Assembly (NCBI GenBank): GCA_048885865.1
Contig: JBHLLF010000045.1
Location: forward strand, 1 to 20,643
Source: Candidatus Hermodarchaeota archaeon
Lineage (GTDB): Archaea; Asgardarchaeota; Thorarchaeia; Thorarchaeales; Thorarchaeaceae
DNA length: 20,643 nt
Direction: 5' to 3'
The first letter of the stretch is position 1, and every line of letters begins with the position of its first letter. Shown here in pieces: positions 7,489 through 15,555 of this stretch. The notes beneath the pieces were generated by a model. The model was not told where the DNA came from, ran no database searches, and saw only the letters and a list, made by a program, of their open reading frames with translations. The position numbers and the translations under genes were made by a program.

Positions 7489-8901
7489 ATGGGGAGTTTG
7501 GACTTGTCTGATGAATTCATAGACTCTGCGCAGACAGATGATGAACTGAATTCTGATCAAGTGCGCGAGATTGTCAATGATGTGTATCAGCGAGGAGGCC
7601 TTACCCCGCCCTATGTAATTGATTTCAGTCAAAGAGATGAATCAGAAACCGAAGTCAGAGTCTTTCTCAAGAACGAGTGTCTGCACATTGTTGCTTCAAA
7701 TGAACCGGAATTGAAGCGAGCACTTGGTCGATATGTCACAGAAAGTGCTTGGACACGGAGCGACTGGATTTTGACAACAAGAGTCGGACTATACACTGCA
7801 GTCTACTGTCTTCTTATGATTGCATTGGCAGCTTTTGCAGCTAGTGTTTCATACTTACTTCCTGAGATGGGTTATGGAGTAGCCGTTTCGGCGTCCTTCG
7901 TCATAGCAGTTGTTGCGCTATGGTCGAGTCGCCAGCTGGCCATCAAGAGATATGACCTACGTCGAGATTTCACGAAGCAAATGGTTGAATTAGGCTGTAT
8001 GACAGAGTTCGATGCGCACGACTACGAGGATACTAGTTCCTTCGCTGTACATGCAGGGGTCCTTCTCATTGCCCTCGGAGCGGCCCTGGCTATTGGATTA
8101 GCCCTGCCGTTTGATTTGGAAGATATGTGGATAATCATTGTTGAGTTTGCATTATTGCTTGTAGCAGCATTAATGGTCATGTTCAAAGGGGCATTCAAAT
8201 CAATTGACACAAATGTCTGCTACGAGGAAGTTGATTCTGAAGGCGAAGCCAACCATGAAGGCCTTGAGGAGGAGGAAGACAACTTTGAGGATTCTGAGTA
8301 CCTACAAGCCGCATTTGCAGACATCATAGAGCGAATGAGTCTATGGGATTCTCTTAATGACAAACATGATGCTGAGATTCAAGAACTCAGAGCAAGATAC
8401 TCCAATACACAATATGCTCAATGTCGAGGCGTCTATGATTACGTAGAAGAGGGGATTCTCTTCATCGATGCTCTTGATATTAGCGAGGAAGCAGCAGAGC
8501 GGTTTGGGGCAGCTATACTAGCCACAGGCTCGCTCCACTTCTACAGGAACTTGAGTTTCACTAGAAGGGCTATTCATGGCGTTGCCTTCTTCTTCGGCTT
8601 AGTCATGCTAATGGTGATACTATTAGGCGGTTTCATGATTTCGATGGAGTTTGGGATCTTTTCAATTGTGGGCACGAGCATCGTCTTCTCAAAGCTCTGG
8701 CATACTGGCTGGAAACAAAATGAGCAGGTTAGAAGAGACCTTCCGTTAGCACTCCAAGAAACTCGAGTCTTCAAAGACTATGAGCTCGAATTCTATCGCA
8801 ATCATATGTTTTCGACAACATCTCGATTCGATTTTGGGTTCATAATTGGATTCCATTTGGTATTGATATTCATTGGGTACCTTGTTCTGATTTGGAGCTA
8901 G
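7489..8901 (+). CDS. Hypothetical polytopic membrane protein built from two homologous halves
   Basis: About 470 aa ORF (ATG 7489 or GTG 7483) with about 7 TM segments, an acidic central linker and an internal repeat (see findings). Confidence 0.8.
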   Translation: MGSLDLSDEFIDSAQTDDELNSDQVREIVNDVYQRGGLTPPYVIDFSQRDESETEVRVFLKNECLHIVASNEPELKRALGRYVTESAWTRSDWILTTRVGLYTAVYCLLMIALAAFAASVSYLLPEMGYGVAVSASFVIAVVALWSSRQLAIKRYDLRRDFTKQMVELGCMTEFDAHDYEDTSSFAVHAGVLLIALGAALAIGLALPFDLEDMWIIIVEFALLLVAALMVMFKGAFKSIDTNVCYEEVDSEGEANHEGLEEEEDNFEDSEYLQAAFADIIERMSLWDSLNDKHDAEIQELRARYSNTQYAQCRGVYDYVEEGILFIDALDISEEAAERFGAAILATGSLHFYRNLSFTRRAIHGVAFFFGLVMLMVILLGGFMISMEFGIFSIVGTSIVFSKLWHTGWKQNEQVRRDLPLALQETRVFKDYELEFYRNHMFSTTSRFDFGFIIGFHLVLIFIGYLVLIWS

Positions 8902-9042
8902 CACGGCTCAACCATGCTCAAAATATCCCCGGAGCGCTATTTTCATCGCTCATAGATACATTTATTATAGTTAAGAACGACGAAAAAGCGCCCAAACTCT
9001 TAAAAACCGGCGCGAAACCCGTGTTTTGGGAGGGTTGCCTAG

Positions 9043-9056
9043 GATAGCCTTAAATG
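9043..9056 (+). promoter_or_regulatory. Putative BRE/TATA promoter of the histone gene
   Basis: GATAGCCTTAAATG about 52 nt before ATG 9108. Further TATA-like boxes at 8961-8969 and 9000-9005. SD-like GGGGTG/GGAG at 9092-9103. Confidence 0.5.
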
Positions 9057-9107
9057 CAACTAGGGCTCATTTTACGTACACACTCGCCTTAGGGGTGTTG
9101 GAGAAAA

Positions 9108-9296
9108 ATGGCTAAGAAGAAATACCCAACCTTCTTTGTAAAGAGTGCCGTAAAGGCCTTTGCAAAGGAAAAGAACATGATGGTCGGCAGCGATGCCTAT
9201 GAAGCCATCAATATGGCAATTGGTGACATGCTCACCGCCGCAGCCAAGCGCTGCACCGACAACAAGCGAAAGACTCTCAAGGCCTACGACTTGTAG
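9108..9296 (+). CDS. Histone-fold protein, short-alpha2/truncated-alpha3 (face-to-face-like) type
   Basis: 62 aa: alpha1 FVKSAVKAFAKEK, loop NMMVG, alpha2 SDAYEAINMAIGDMLTAAAKRCTDN, then the histone L2 motif KRKTLKAYDL and an immediate stop. Has its own SD, TATA and terminator. Confidence 0.88.
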   Translation: MAKKKYPTFFVKSAVKAFAKEKNMMVGSDAYEAINMAIGDMLTAAAKRCTDNKRKTLKAYDL

Positions 9297-9316
9297 ACTT
9301 TGAAGTGGTAGCTTAG

Positions 9317-9359
9317 ATCTGGGGGGCAGCGAAAGTTGCCCCACCAGGTTTCTTATTTT
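9317..9359 (+). terminator. Strong stem-loop with GAAA tetraloop and U-rich tail after the histone gene
   Basis: ATCTGG-GGGGCAGC-GAAA-GTTGCCCC-A-CCAGGT (14 bp including two G-U pairs, one bulge), followed by TTCTTATTTT. Confidence 0.7.
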
Positions 9360-9410
9360 GATAGTATTTCTCCTCATTAGGCTTTGCGCCAAACTGCTAA
9401 CGTAGAACAG

Positions 9411-9455
9411 AAAGTTTAAATGTAATATAACCGAAGAAGAAAATGTAATAATGTA
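9411..9455 (+). promoter_or_regulatory. TATA box plus direct repeats upstream of the ArsR-like regulator
   Basis: TTTAAA at 9415-9420. AAATGTAATA occurs at 9418-9427 and 9441-9450. Confidence 0.55.
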
Positions 9456-9473
9456 CAGTTGTCGTGTTTGATA

Positions 9474-10403
9474 ATGCCTGATGAAATAGACGAAATGAAA
9501 CGCGAACTTGAAGAGATTCGTAGAATAAAAGAAGAAATAAAGCGAGAGCTGCAGCAGGCCAAGCGAGAGCGTCTGGAGGCGTTAAAACGAGAGAAGCTCG
9601 AGCGCCAAAAGCCGCCTAGACCCCCAAGGCCCGCCAAAGCTCCAAAAGCTCCAAGAGCGCCGCGCCGTGCTTCCATTGTGGATCTTAGAGGTCTCACTGA
9701 CAGTCTTGAGGATATGATGGTTGGTCTAGAAGACTCCATACGGGAGTCTGTGAAGGGACTGGAAGAGTTCGGAAGGGAATTCTCTGGACCTTATCTGCGT
9801 GCCAGAACGGGTAAGAAACGCAGGAAGAAGAGTGATCGCGACATTGAAACAATCCCTCCTGAGCGGGTTGCCAAGATTGTCAGTCCGCTGGGGAGTGAGG
9901 AGCGTCTGAGAATACTGGATTTCCTAAAAGAGGGCGGACGCACATTCAACGATCTCGAGATACATACCGGAAAGACTGGAAGCTCACTCACACACCATCT
10001 GACTCCTTTGCTGGAAGCTGGGTATGTGATCAAGGGTGAAGTCCGTGGAACCTATTATGTGACAGTGGAAGGTCGACTGGCCTACCGTCTAGCACAATGG
10101 TTGACCAGCAAGGTTGAACGTCAACAAGAGAGGACAGTAAACGGCAATGGTGAAGGTCCACTGAGAGTGGTTGTTGACACAGAAGACGACGGGTTCACTG
10201 TAAGACTGAATGAAGAGATTGGCGGTGACGTCGATGATGTGGAAGACGAGCTTCATGATCATGTTCAGGACGAGATTGACAAGTATCACGACAAGATGGA
10301 CGAGTACCAGGATCAGCTAGATGATATCCAGGACAAGATGGATGAGATTCAGGAGCAAATGGAAGAAGAGATTGAGGAGCAAGAAGAGGAGGAAGATTGG
10401 TAA
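9474..10403 (+). CDS. ArsR-like winged helix-turn-helix regulator with N-terminal coiled coil/Pro-rich arm and acidic C-terminal coiled coil
   Basis: Central PLGSEERLRILDFLKEGGRTFNDLEIHTGKTGSSLTHHLTPLLEAGYVIK..RGTYYVTVEG is a wHTH. ATG 9474 preferred over TTG 9459. Confidence 0.85.
   Translation: MPDEIDEMKRELEEIRRIKEEIKRELQQAKRERLEALKREKLERQKPPRPPRPAKAPKAPRAPRRASIVDLRGLTDSLEDMMVGLEDSIRESVKGLEEFGREFSGPYLRARTGKKRRKKSDRDIETIPPERVAKIVSPLGSEERLRILDFLKEGGRTFNDLEIHTGKTGSSLTHHLTPLLEAGYVIKGEVRGTYYVTVEGRLAYRLAQWLTSKVERQQERTVNGNGEGPLRVVVDTEDDGFTVRLNEEIGGDVDDVEDELHDHVQDEIDKYHDKMDEYQDQLDDIQDKMDEIQEQMEEEIEEQEEEEDW
9636..9662 (+). repeat. 9-bp in-frame tandem repeat (KAP-KAP-RAP)
   Basis: AAAGCTCCA AAAGCTCCA AGAGCGCCG. 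Confidence 0.7.
10266..10370 (+). repeat. Five degenerate 21-bp in-frame repeats encoding acidic heptads
   Basis: QDEIDKY/HDKMDEY/QDQLDDI/QDKMDEI/QEQMEEE; each unit begins CA(G/C)GA. Confidence 0.75.
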
Positions 10404-11167
10404 TGAAGAATCTGAAGTCTGAGGGTGTCGTGATGATTACTGAGGGTTCATACGAGCTAATCTCGACTGACAAAGCCTTGTTGACCCTGGCTGAGGGTGT
10501 TGCATGGGTCTACGTGGTCAACAATGACGACAGAGTAGGCGTAGCTTTTGCCGGTCCCAGTCGACTTGCAGTCGATGCAATAGCGGAAACAGATGCGGGA
10601 GCCGTGGGTAAATCAGTAGTGACTCGGCTTGAAGGACTGCAACTCTATTTGGGCGAAACGCGAATTGAGAGGCTATCTCGAGAAGCGTCTGCTTCAGATT
10701 TAGCTGCTCTTGGATACGATGGTCATGATGATTTTCTGAGTGGGGTTGATTCACTCATCAAGGATAAAGTGAATGGCGACTCAAAGGTAAACATTGAGAA
10801 CCAAGAATCCAAGGTCCTAATCGGTGCAGGGGAAGACAAGAAATCAATTGTGCTCGTGGTGGGGGATAGAAAGAATGACCTCGTGTTTACGTATGGAAAG
10901 AACGTGTTTGTGGTTGGTGATAATGAAATGGTTTCTGTAGACAAGTCTGGTGTGAGAATCAAGGGAACGCATGGCAAGACACTCTCCATAACAGAAGATG
11001 GAATCAGTGGCCTTGAAGGTCTAGAGAACTTGGGCGAAACAATCGCCGAAGCAGTCAGTAGTGCTATGAGCGGTCTTGCTAGCATCAAGCCCTTCAAATC
11101 GATAAAGGCTGTTCGATCAATCCCTCACGCCTGGGACAATGTAGACGACTTCGATTGGGATGATTAG
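10403..11167 (+). CDS. Hypothetical beta-rich soluble protein, translationally coupled to the regulator
   Basis: TAATG stop/start overlap at 10401-10405. 254 aa, ends in DDFDWDD. Confidence 0.8.
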   Translation: MKNLKSEGVVMITEGSYELISTDKALLTLAEGVAWVYVVNNDDRVGVAFAGPSRLAVDAIAETDAGAVGKSVVTRLEGLQLYLGETRIERLSREASASDLAALGYDGHDDFLSGVDSLIKDKVNGDSKVNIENQESKVLIGAGEDKKSIVLVVGDRKNDLVFTYGKNVFVVGDNEMVSVDKSGVRIKGTHGKTLSITEDGISGLEGLENLGETIAEAVSSAMSGLASIKPFKSIKAVRSIPHAWDNVDDFDWDD

Positions 11168-11192
11168 TACTATCTCCACTATGATATTCAGA

Positions 11193-11218
11193 GGTCCCCG
11201 CCTTTCTTTGCGGGGGCC
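11193..11218. terminator. GC-rich hairpin between convergent genes
   Basis: GGTCCCCGC-CTTTCTTT-GCGGGGGCC, 9-bp stem with one G-U pair. Confidence 0.65.
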
Positions 11219-11241
11219 GCTCACATCTCTTTCCTGTGGCC

Positions 11242-13050
11242 TTAGAACTTGACCTCTGCTGAATATTGCATTGCTCTTGGGCGGAGCTGCAATTCATAGA
11301 GAGAGAAATACGTTCCTTTCTTCGACATTAGTTCGGAATGGGTTCCCGTTTCTACGATTTTCCCATCTTCAATAACCACAATTCTATCAGCATTGACTAT
11401 TGTGGAAAGACGATGAGCAATGACAATAGAGGTTCTTCCACGAAGCAAGGTCTTCATACCTTTTTGAATAGCATATTCAGTGTATACATCAATTGAGCTC
11501 GTGGCTTCATCCAAGACTAGGACTTTTGGATTGGCCAGAAGTGCTCGTGCGAAACTCACCAACTGACGCTCACCCTCAGAGAGTCTACTGCCTCTTTCAC
11601 CCACTTCTGTGTCAAAGCCCTCCTCTAGATTCTCAATCAGCCTCCTTGCACCAATTGCATCAGTTGCTTCGATTATTTCCTCGTCGGTTGCCTCCGGACT
11701 TCCATATCGGATGTTGTCCCTTACATTTCCCATGAACAAGAAAGGATCTTGAAGCACGAGTCCAATCCTTCCTCGGAGTGACTCCTGAGTCACCTCCCGA
11801 ATATCAATGCCATCAATCTCGATGGCACCCTTCCAAATATCGTAGAATCTGTTGAGGAGGCTGACCACTGTTGTCTTTCCAGCCCCAGTGTCACCTACGA
11901 TTGCAATAGTTTCGCCTGGCTGTATCTCCAAGTTGAAGTTCTCAAGCACCGGGACGTCTTCAAGATAGCCAAAGTCGACATCTCTGAAACGAATATGTCC
12001 TTTCAGTTCAGGCAATTCTATTGCAGCGGGACTGTCCACGATGGTTGGCTGAGAGTCCAGAACTGTGAACACACGCTCCGCACCAGCGAAGGCACTCTGC
12101 ACGGAGGTATAGAAATTGGCAATCATCAGAATTGGACGGAAGAACCTGTCACTAAACTGAATGAATAACACAACGGTGCCCAGGGTCATTGTTCCTGCGA
12201 TTAAACGGTATCCACCTAGAAGAATGATGAGAAAGACGCCTAGCCCGCCAATGAATCTGATGACCGGAAAGAAGGCAGCCATCGCCTTACCGGCATCGAC
12301 ATTGGATTGATAGTCTGCTTTATTCAACTCGGCAAACTTCGCAACACTCCGGCTTTCCCTTGCAAAGCTCTTCGTCACCTTTGCTCCAGAGATACTCTCT
12401 GCAAGATTGGAGGTCACACTAGATATCGTCTTGCGTGTCCTTCTATAAGCATCTCTCAGTTTCTTCCGAAAGTATATCGTGGTAATCAGTAGGATGGGAA
12501 CAACTGCAAGAGATGCAATAGCCAGCTCGGTGTCTACAGTGAATATAACCCCACCAATGACAAACACGATGAAAATCTGAGCAAATGTGCTGATTAGACC
12601 TCCACTCAGAAGCTCACTCATTCTGTCCACATCGTTGATGAGACGTGAGATGATCCGACCTGATGACGACTTGTCATAGAAGTCCTGGGACATTCTCTGC
12701 AGGTGTTGATACAAATCCTGTCTCATCTTGAAGATGGCCTTCTGTCCCATGAGCGACATGAGATATTCGAATCCGTATGTACTAAGCCAGACTGCCAACT
12801 GCAGTGCAACATAGAACCCTGCGGTGAGAAGAAGGGCGTTGAGGTTGCCGCTTGGAAAATCGACATCTATTGCATGCTGAAGTACAAATGGCAACCAAGT
12901 GCTAAGTGCAATGCTCAGGGCCACGAGTAATGACACTGCGATAAACATCCCACGATAAACAAGTAGATACTTGACCATCCTCGTAAGCAAGGTCCCATCT
13001 GAGTATGCATAGGTCCTTTCCTCATCGTCTGCGACCATATGCCTACTCAT
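11242..13050 (-). CDS. ABC exporter half-transporter (TMD+NBD), TM288/TmrA-like subunit of a heterodimer
   Basis: TMD followed by Walker A GDTGAGKT, Q-loop VLQD, deviant signature LSEGERQ, canonical Walker B VLVLDE and H-loop IAHRL. ATGA overlap with the upstream gene. Confidence 0.95.
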   Translation of the reverse strand: MSRHMVADDEERTYAYSDGTLLTRMVKYLLVYRGMFIAVSLLVALSIALSTWLPFVLQHAIDVDFPSGNLNALLLTAGFYVALQLAVWLSTYGFEYLMSLMGQKAIFKMRQDLYQHLQRMSQDFYDKSSSGRIISRLINDVDRMSELLSGGLISTFAQIFIVFVIGGVIFTVDTELAIASLAVVPILLITTIYFRKKLRDAYRRTRKTISSVTSNLAESISGAKVTKSFARESRSVAKFAELNKADYQSNVDAGKAMAAFFPVIRFIGGLGVFLIILLGGYRLIAGTMTLGTVVLFIQFSDRFFRPILMIANFYTSVQSAFAGAERVFTVLDSQPTIVDSPAAIELPELKGHIRFRDVDFGYLEDVPVLENFNLEIQPGETIAIVGDTGAGKTTVVSLLNRFYDIWKGAIEIDGIDIREVTQESLRGRIGLVLQDPFLFMGNVRDNIRYGSPEATDEEIIEATDAIGARRLIENLEEGFDTEVGERGSRLSEGERQLVSFARALLANPKVLVLDEATSSIDVYTEYAIQKGMKTLLRGRTSIVIAHRLSTIVNADRIVVIEDGKIVETGTHSELMSKKGTYFSLYELQLRPRAMQYSAEVKF

Positions 13051-14957
13051 TCATTGCTTCCCCCTGTGGTGTCTTCTAATGTGGGTGCAATGGCAGCCAT
13101 CTCAGTCAAAGTCCCGTGAATGTTCGCGTAGAATCCTCCAAGTGCGAGCAGATCTTCATGTGACCCCATCTCTACTATGCGGCCTCTCTCCATCATCACA
13201 ATCATGTCTGCATTTCTAATAGTGCTGAGCCTATGCGTAATGATGAAGGTTGTACGTCCAACCATGAGATTCTCCAGCGCCTGTTGTATCATCATCTCCG
13301 TCTTCGCATCGACTGAGCTTGTCGAATCATCCAGAATTAGTATTCTGGGGTTTGCGAGTAGCGCTCTGGCAATGGCTATCCTCTGTTTCTGCCCTCCTGA
13401 AAGAGTTACACCCCGTTCTCCAATCTCTGTCTCATACCCCTCTTCCAGTGTCATCACGAAGTCATGAATCATGGCGGCCTTGGCAGCTGCTTCAACCTCC
13501 TCTAGAGAAGCCTCAGGCCTACCGAAAGATATGTTCTCACGAATGCTTGCAGAAAAGAGAAACGGATCTTGATGCACCATTCCTATCGATTTTCTTAGCT
13601 GGTCAATCCTCATTTCACGGATGTCAAATCCATCAACTCGAACTCTGCCTGGGGGCTTTACAGGAATCTTTTCTCCTTCAATCTCCACTGAGTCTTCTAC
13701 GATTCTATAGGTCTGTTCTCCAATCTTCACAGTGCCCTTATGACTTGCCAGATATGAGCGGCCCTGAAAACTCACAGTTCCATGATCATCTACATCATAG
13801 AACCTTGGAATCAGATTGATTAGACTAGTCTTCCCGGAACCGGTTCCTCCAAGCAGGGCAATCACTTGACCCGGTTTGACATGGAGGTTAACATCACGAA
13901 GGATGTAGTTGCCTCCACGATAGCTGAAGAAGACATCATCAAAGTCCACTTGCCCTACAATCTCATCGATTTTTACAGGGGTTTCTGGATTCATGATTTC
14001 ATCGCGATGGTCCAGAATGTAGAATGTCCGCTCACCTGCAGCAGACGCTCTCTGAAACATTCCCACACCCCATGCTAGGAATCTTGCTGGGAGAATCAGC
14101 ATGCCAACCAAGGATAGGAACCCAACAAAGACACCATAGGATAGGTCTCCTAGGATGAAAGAGTACCCACCTAGATAGATGAGAACACCCGTTGTCACTC
14201 CAAAGACAGTAGGCAGAAGCGGCCGATAAAAGGACAGAAGCCTTAGCGCCTCAACCCGAAGCTCGAGAAAGCCTCTGTTTTCCTTCTCAACTCTTTCAAA
14301 TTCTCTATCACTAGCAGCATATGATTGAACAACCTTCATCCCGACTATGTTTTCAGTTAGGACTGAGCTCAGAACACCATATTGGCTTCGTGCCTCATAG
14401 AAAACAGGTCGCACCTTCTTAGAGAAGACAGCTATGAAGATAGCAGTGAAAGGGATTAGAAGAAACATGAACATAGTCAGTTGTGGATCTAGGGACCACA
14501 TGACTAAGTATGTCCCTATCATTGTAGCAATGCCTATGAAAATGACACGGTATCCCCAGAACAGAAACTCACGCATCGTAGTCACATCTGTGGTGACTCT
14601 GGCAAGCAGTTGTCCCGTTTCGTTCTCGTCATAGAATGCAAGGTCTTTCTCCATCAGAGAGTCGTATAGTTCCTCTCTTAGGTCATAGATGACATGTTGT
14701 GCCATTAGTGCAGCCACATATCGCCCGACCATGTCAAACAACATGTAACATGCAGTGAGGGAAATATACAGCACTGCGAGCGTGAACAACTCATCCCCAG
14801 TGATCGTTGGGACAGGGAACAGTGAATCGATTATCTGGACAAGAACAAGCGGGGATATGACATTGAATATAGTCCCGACTCCGGCTGCAGCAAGAAAGCC
14901 GAAGAAGTGGCCACGATGCTTTAGGGCGTACCCTGTGAGTCGTGAAACATATCCCAT
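13047..14957 (-). CDS. ABC exporter half-transporter (TMD+NBD), TM287/TmrB-like subunit, with a 45-aa NBD insertion
   Basis: Walker A GGTGSGKT, signature LSGGQKQR, Walker B ILILDD (catalytic Glu replaced by Asp) and ITHRL. Confidence 0.95.
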   Translation of the reverse strand: MGYVSRLTGYALKHRGHFFGFLAAAGVGTIFNVISPLVLVQIIDSLFPVPTITGDELFTLAVLYISLTACYMLFDMVGRYVAALMAQHVIYDLREELYDSLMEKDLAFYDENETGQLLARVTTDVTTMREFLFWGYRVIFIGIATMIGTYLVMWSLDPQLTMFMFLLIPFTAIFIAVFSKKVRPVFYEARSQYGVLSSVLTENIVGMKVVQSYAASDREFERVEKENRGFLELRVEALRLLSFYRPLLPTVFGVTTGVLIYLGGYSFILGDLSYGVFVGFLSLVGMLILPARFLAWGVGMFQRASAAGERTFYILDHRDEIMNPETPVKIDEIVGQVDFDDVFFSYRGGNYILRDVNLHVKPGQVIALLGGTGSGKTSLINLIPRFYDVDDHGTVSFQGRSYLASHKGTVKIGEQTYRIVEDSVEIEGEKIPVKPPGRVRVDGFDIREMRIDQLRKSIGMVHQDPFLFSASIRENISFGRPEASLEEVEAAAKAAMIHDFVMTLEEGYETEIGERGVTLSGGQKQRIAIARALLANPRILILDDSTSSVDAKTEMMIQQALENLMVGRTTFIITHRLSTIRNADMIVMMERGRIVEMGSHEDLLALGGFYANIHGTLTEMAAIAPTLEDTTGGSNE

Positions 14958-15038
14958 TTCCTGTGCCCGTTCGATTCCAGTTTCAGGACCATGATAAGAG
15001 TTGCGCTAGGAAAGACAATCATCTGCCTCTTAATGATG

Positions 15039-15455
15039 CTATTTGCAGCTCTCAGCCAGCTTTTTGCCAAGTGCTTTGCAGGCCTCAATACCAGTATCAT
15101 CTGGATAGTCTTTCACTCTCAACGGACTATCAACAAGCACCCCTCCAAGTGATTCAAGCTGCTGTCCAATTACCCCTGGCGCTTCCCCACTCCAGCCATA
15201 CGACCCAAATGCCGCAACCGGTTTTCCATCAAGTGGTTGCAGTTCAGAGAGGATTTGGCGAACCTTTGGTAGAGGTCTCTTCATCCTAGTGGATGCACCT
15301 ACTGCCAATGCACATGCATCTCCCAATTCATTGAAACCTGTGGCGTTGATTAGATCGCAATCTGCGCCTGCAGATTTCACACCTTCGCAGATGGCATCAG
15401 CCATTGCTTTTGTTCGACCTCTAGTGCTCTCATAGACGACAATAATACGCATCAT
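15039..15455 (-). CDS. Flavodoxin (FprA-type flavodoxin domain)
   Basis: IVVYESTRGRTKAMADAI FMN phosphate loop and AAFGSYGWSGEA. Start at 15455 or 15452. Confidence 0.9.
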   Translation of the reverse strand: MMRIIVVYESTRGRTKAMADAICEGVKSAGADCDLINATGFNELGDACALAVGASTRMKRPLPKVRQILSELQPLDGKPVAAFGSYGWSGEAPGVIGQQLESLGGVLVDSPLRVKDYPDDTGIEACKALGKKLAESCK

Positions 15456-15555
15456 CAATCATCTCTGGGAGAACCAGAATACAACAAAAGGCTTCTGAAG
15501 TGGCAATATCCATGAGCTTAAGTGTGTCTTCATATAGAGGACCGGTCTGCTTTCC

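Noticed and set aside
9317-9349. SECIS element or metazoan histone stem-loop
   Set aside because: No in-frame TGA at a Cys-like position in nearby genes, and the stem and loop do not match either consensus.
13650-13784. Mini-intein or intron in the ABC NBD
   Set aside because: Too short, lacks Cys/Ser start and His-Asn end, stays in frame and looks like repeated beta-hairpins.
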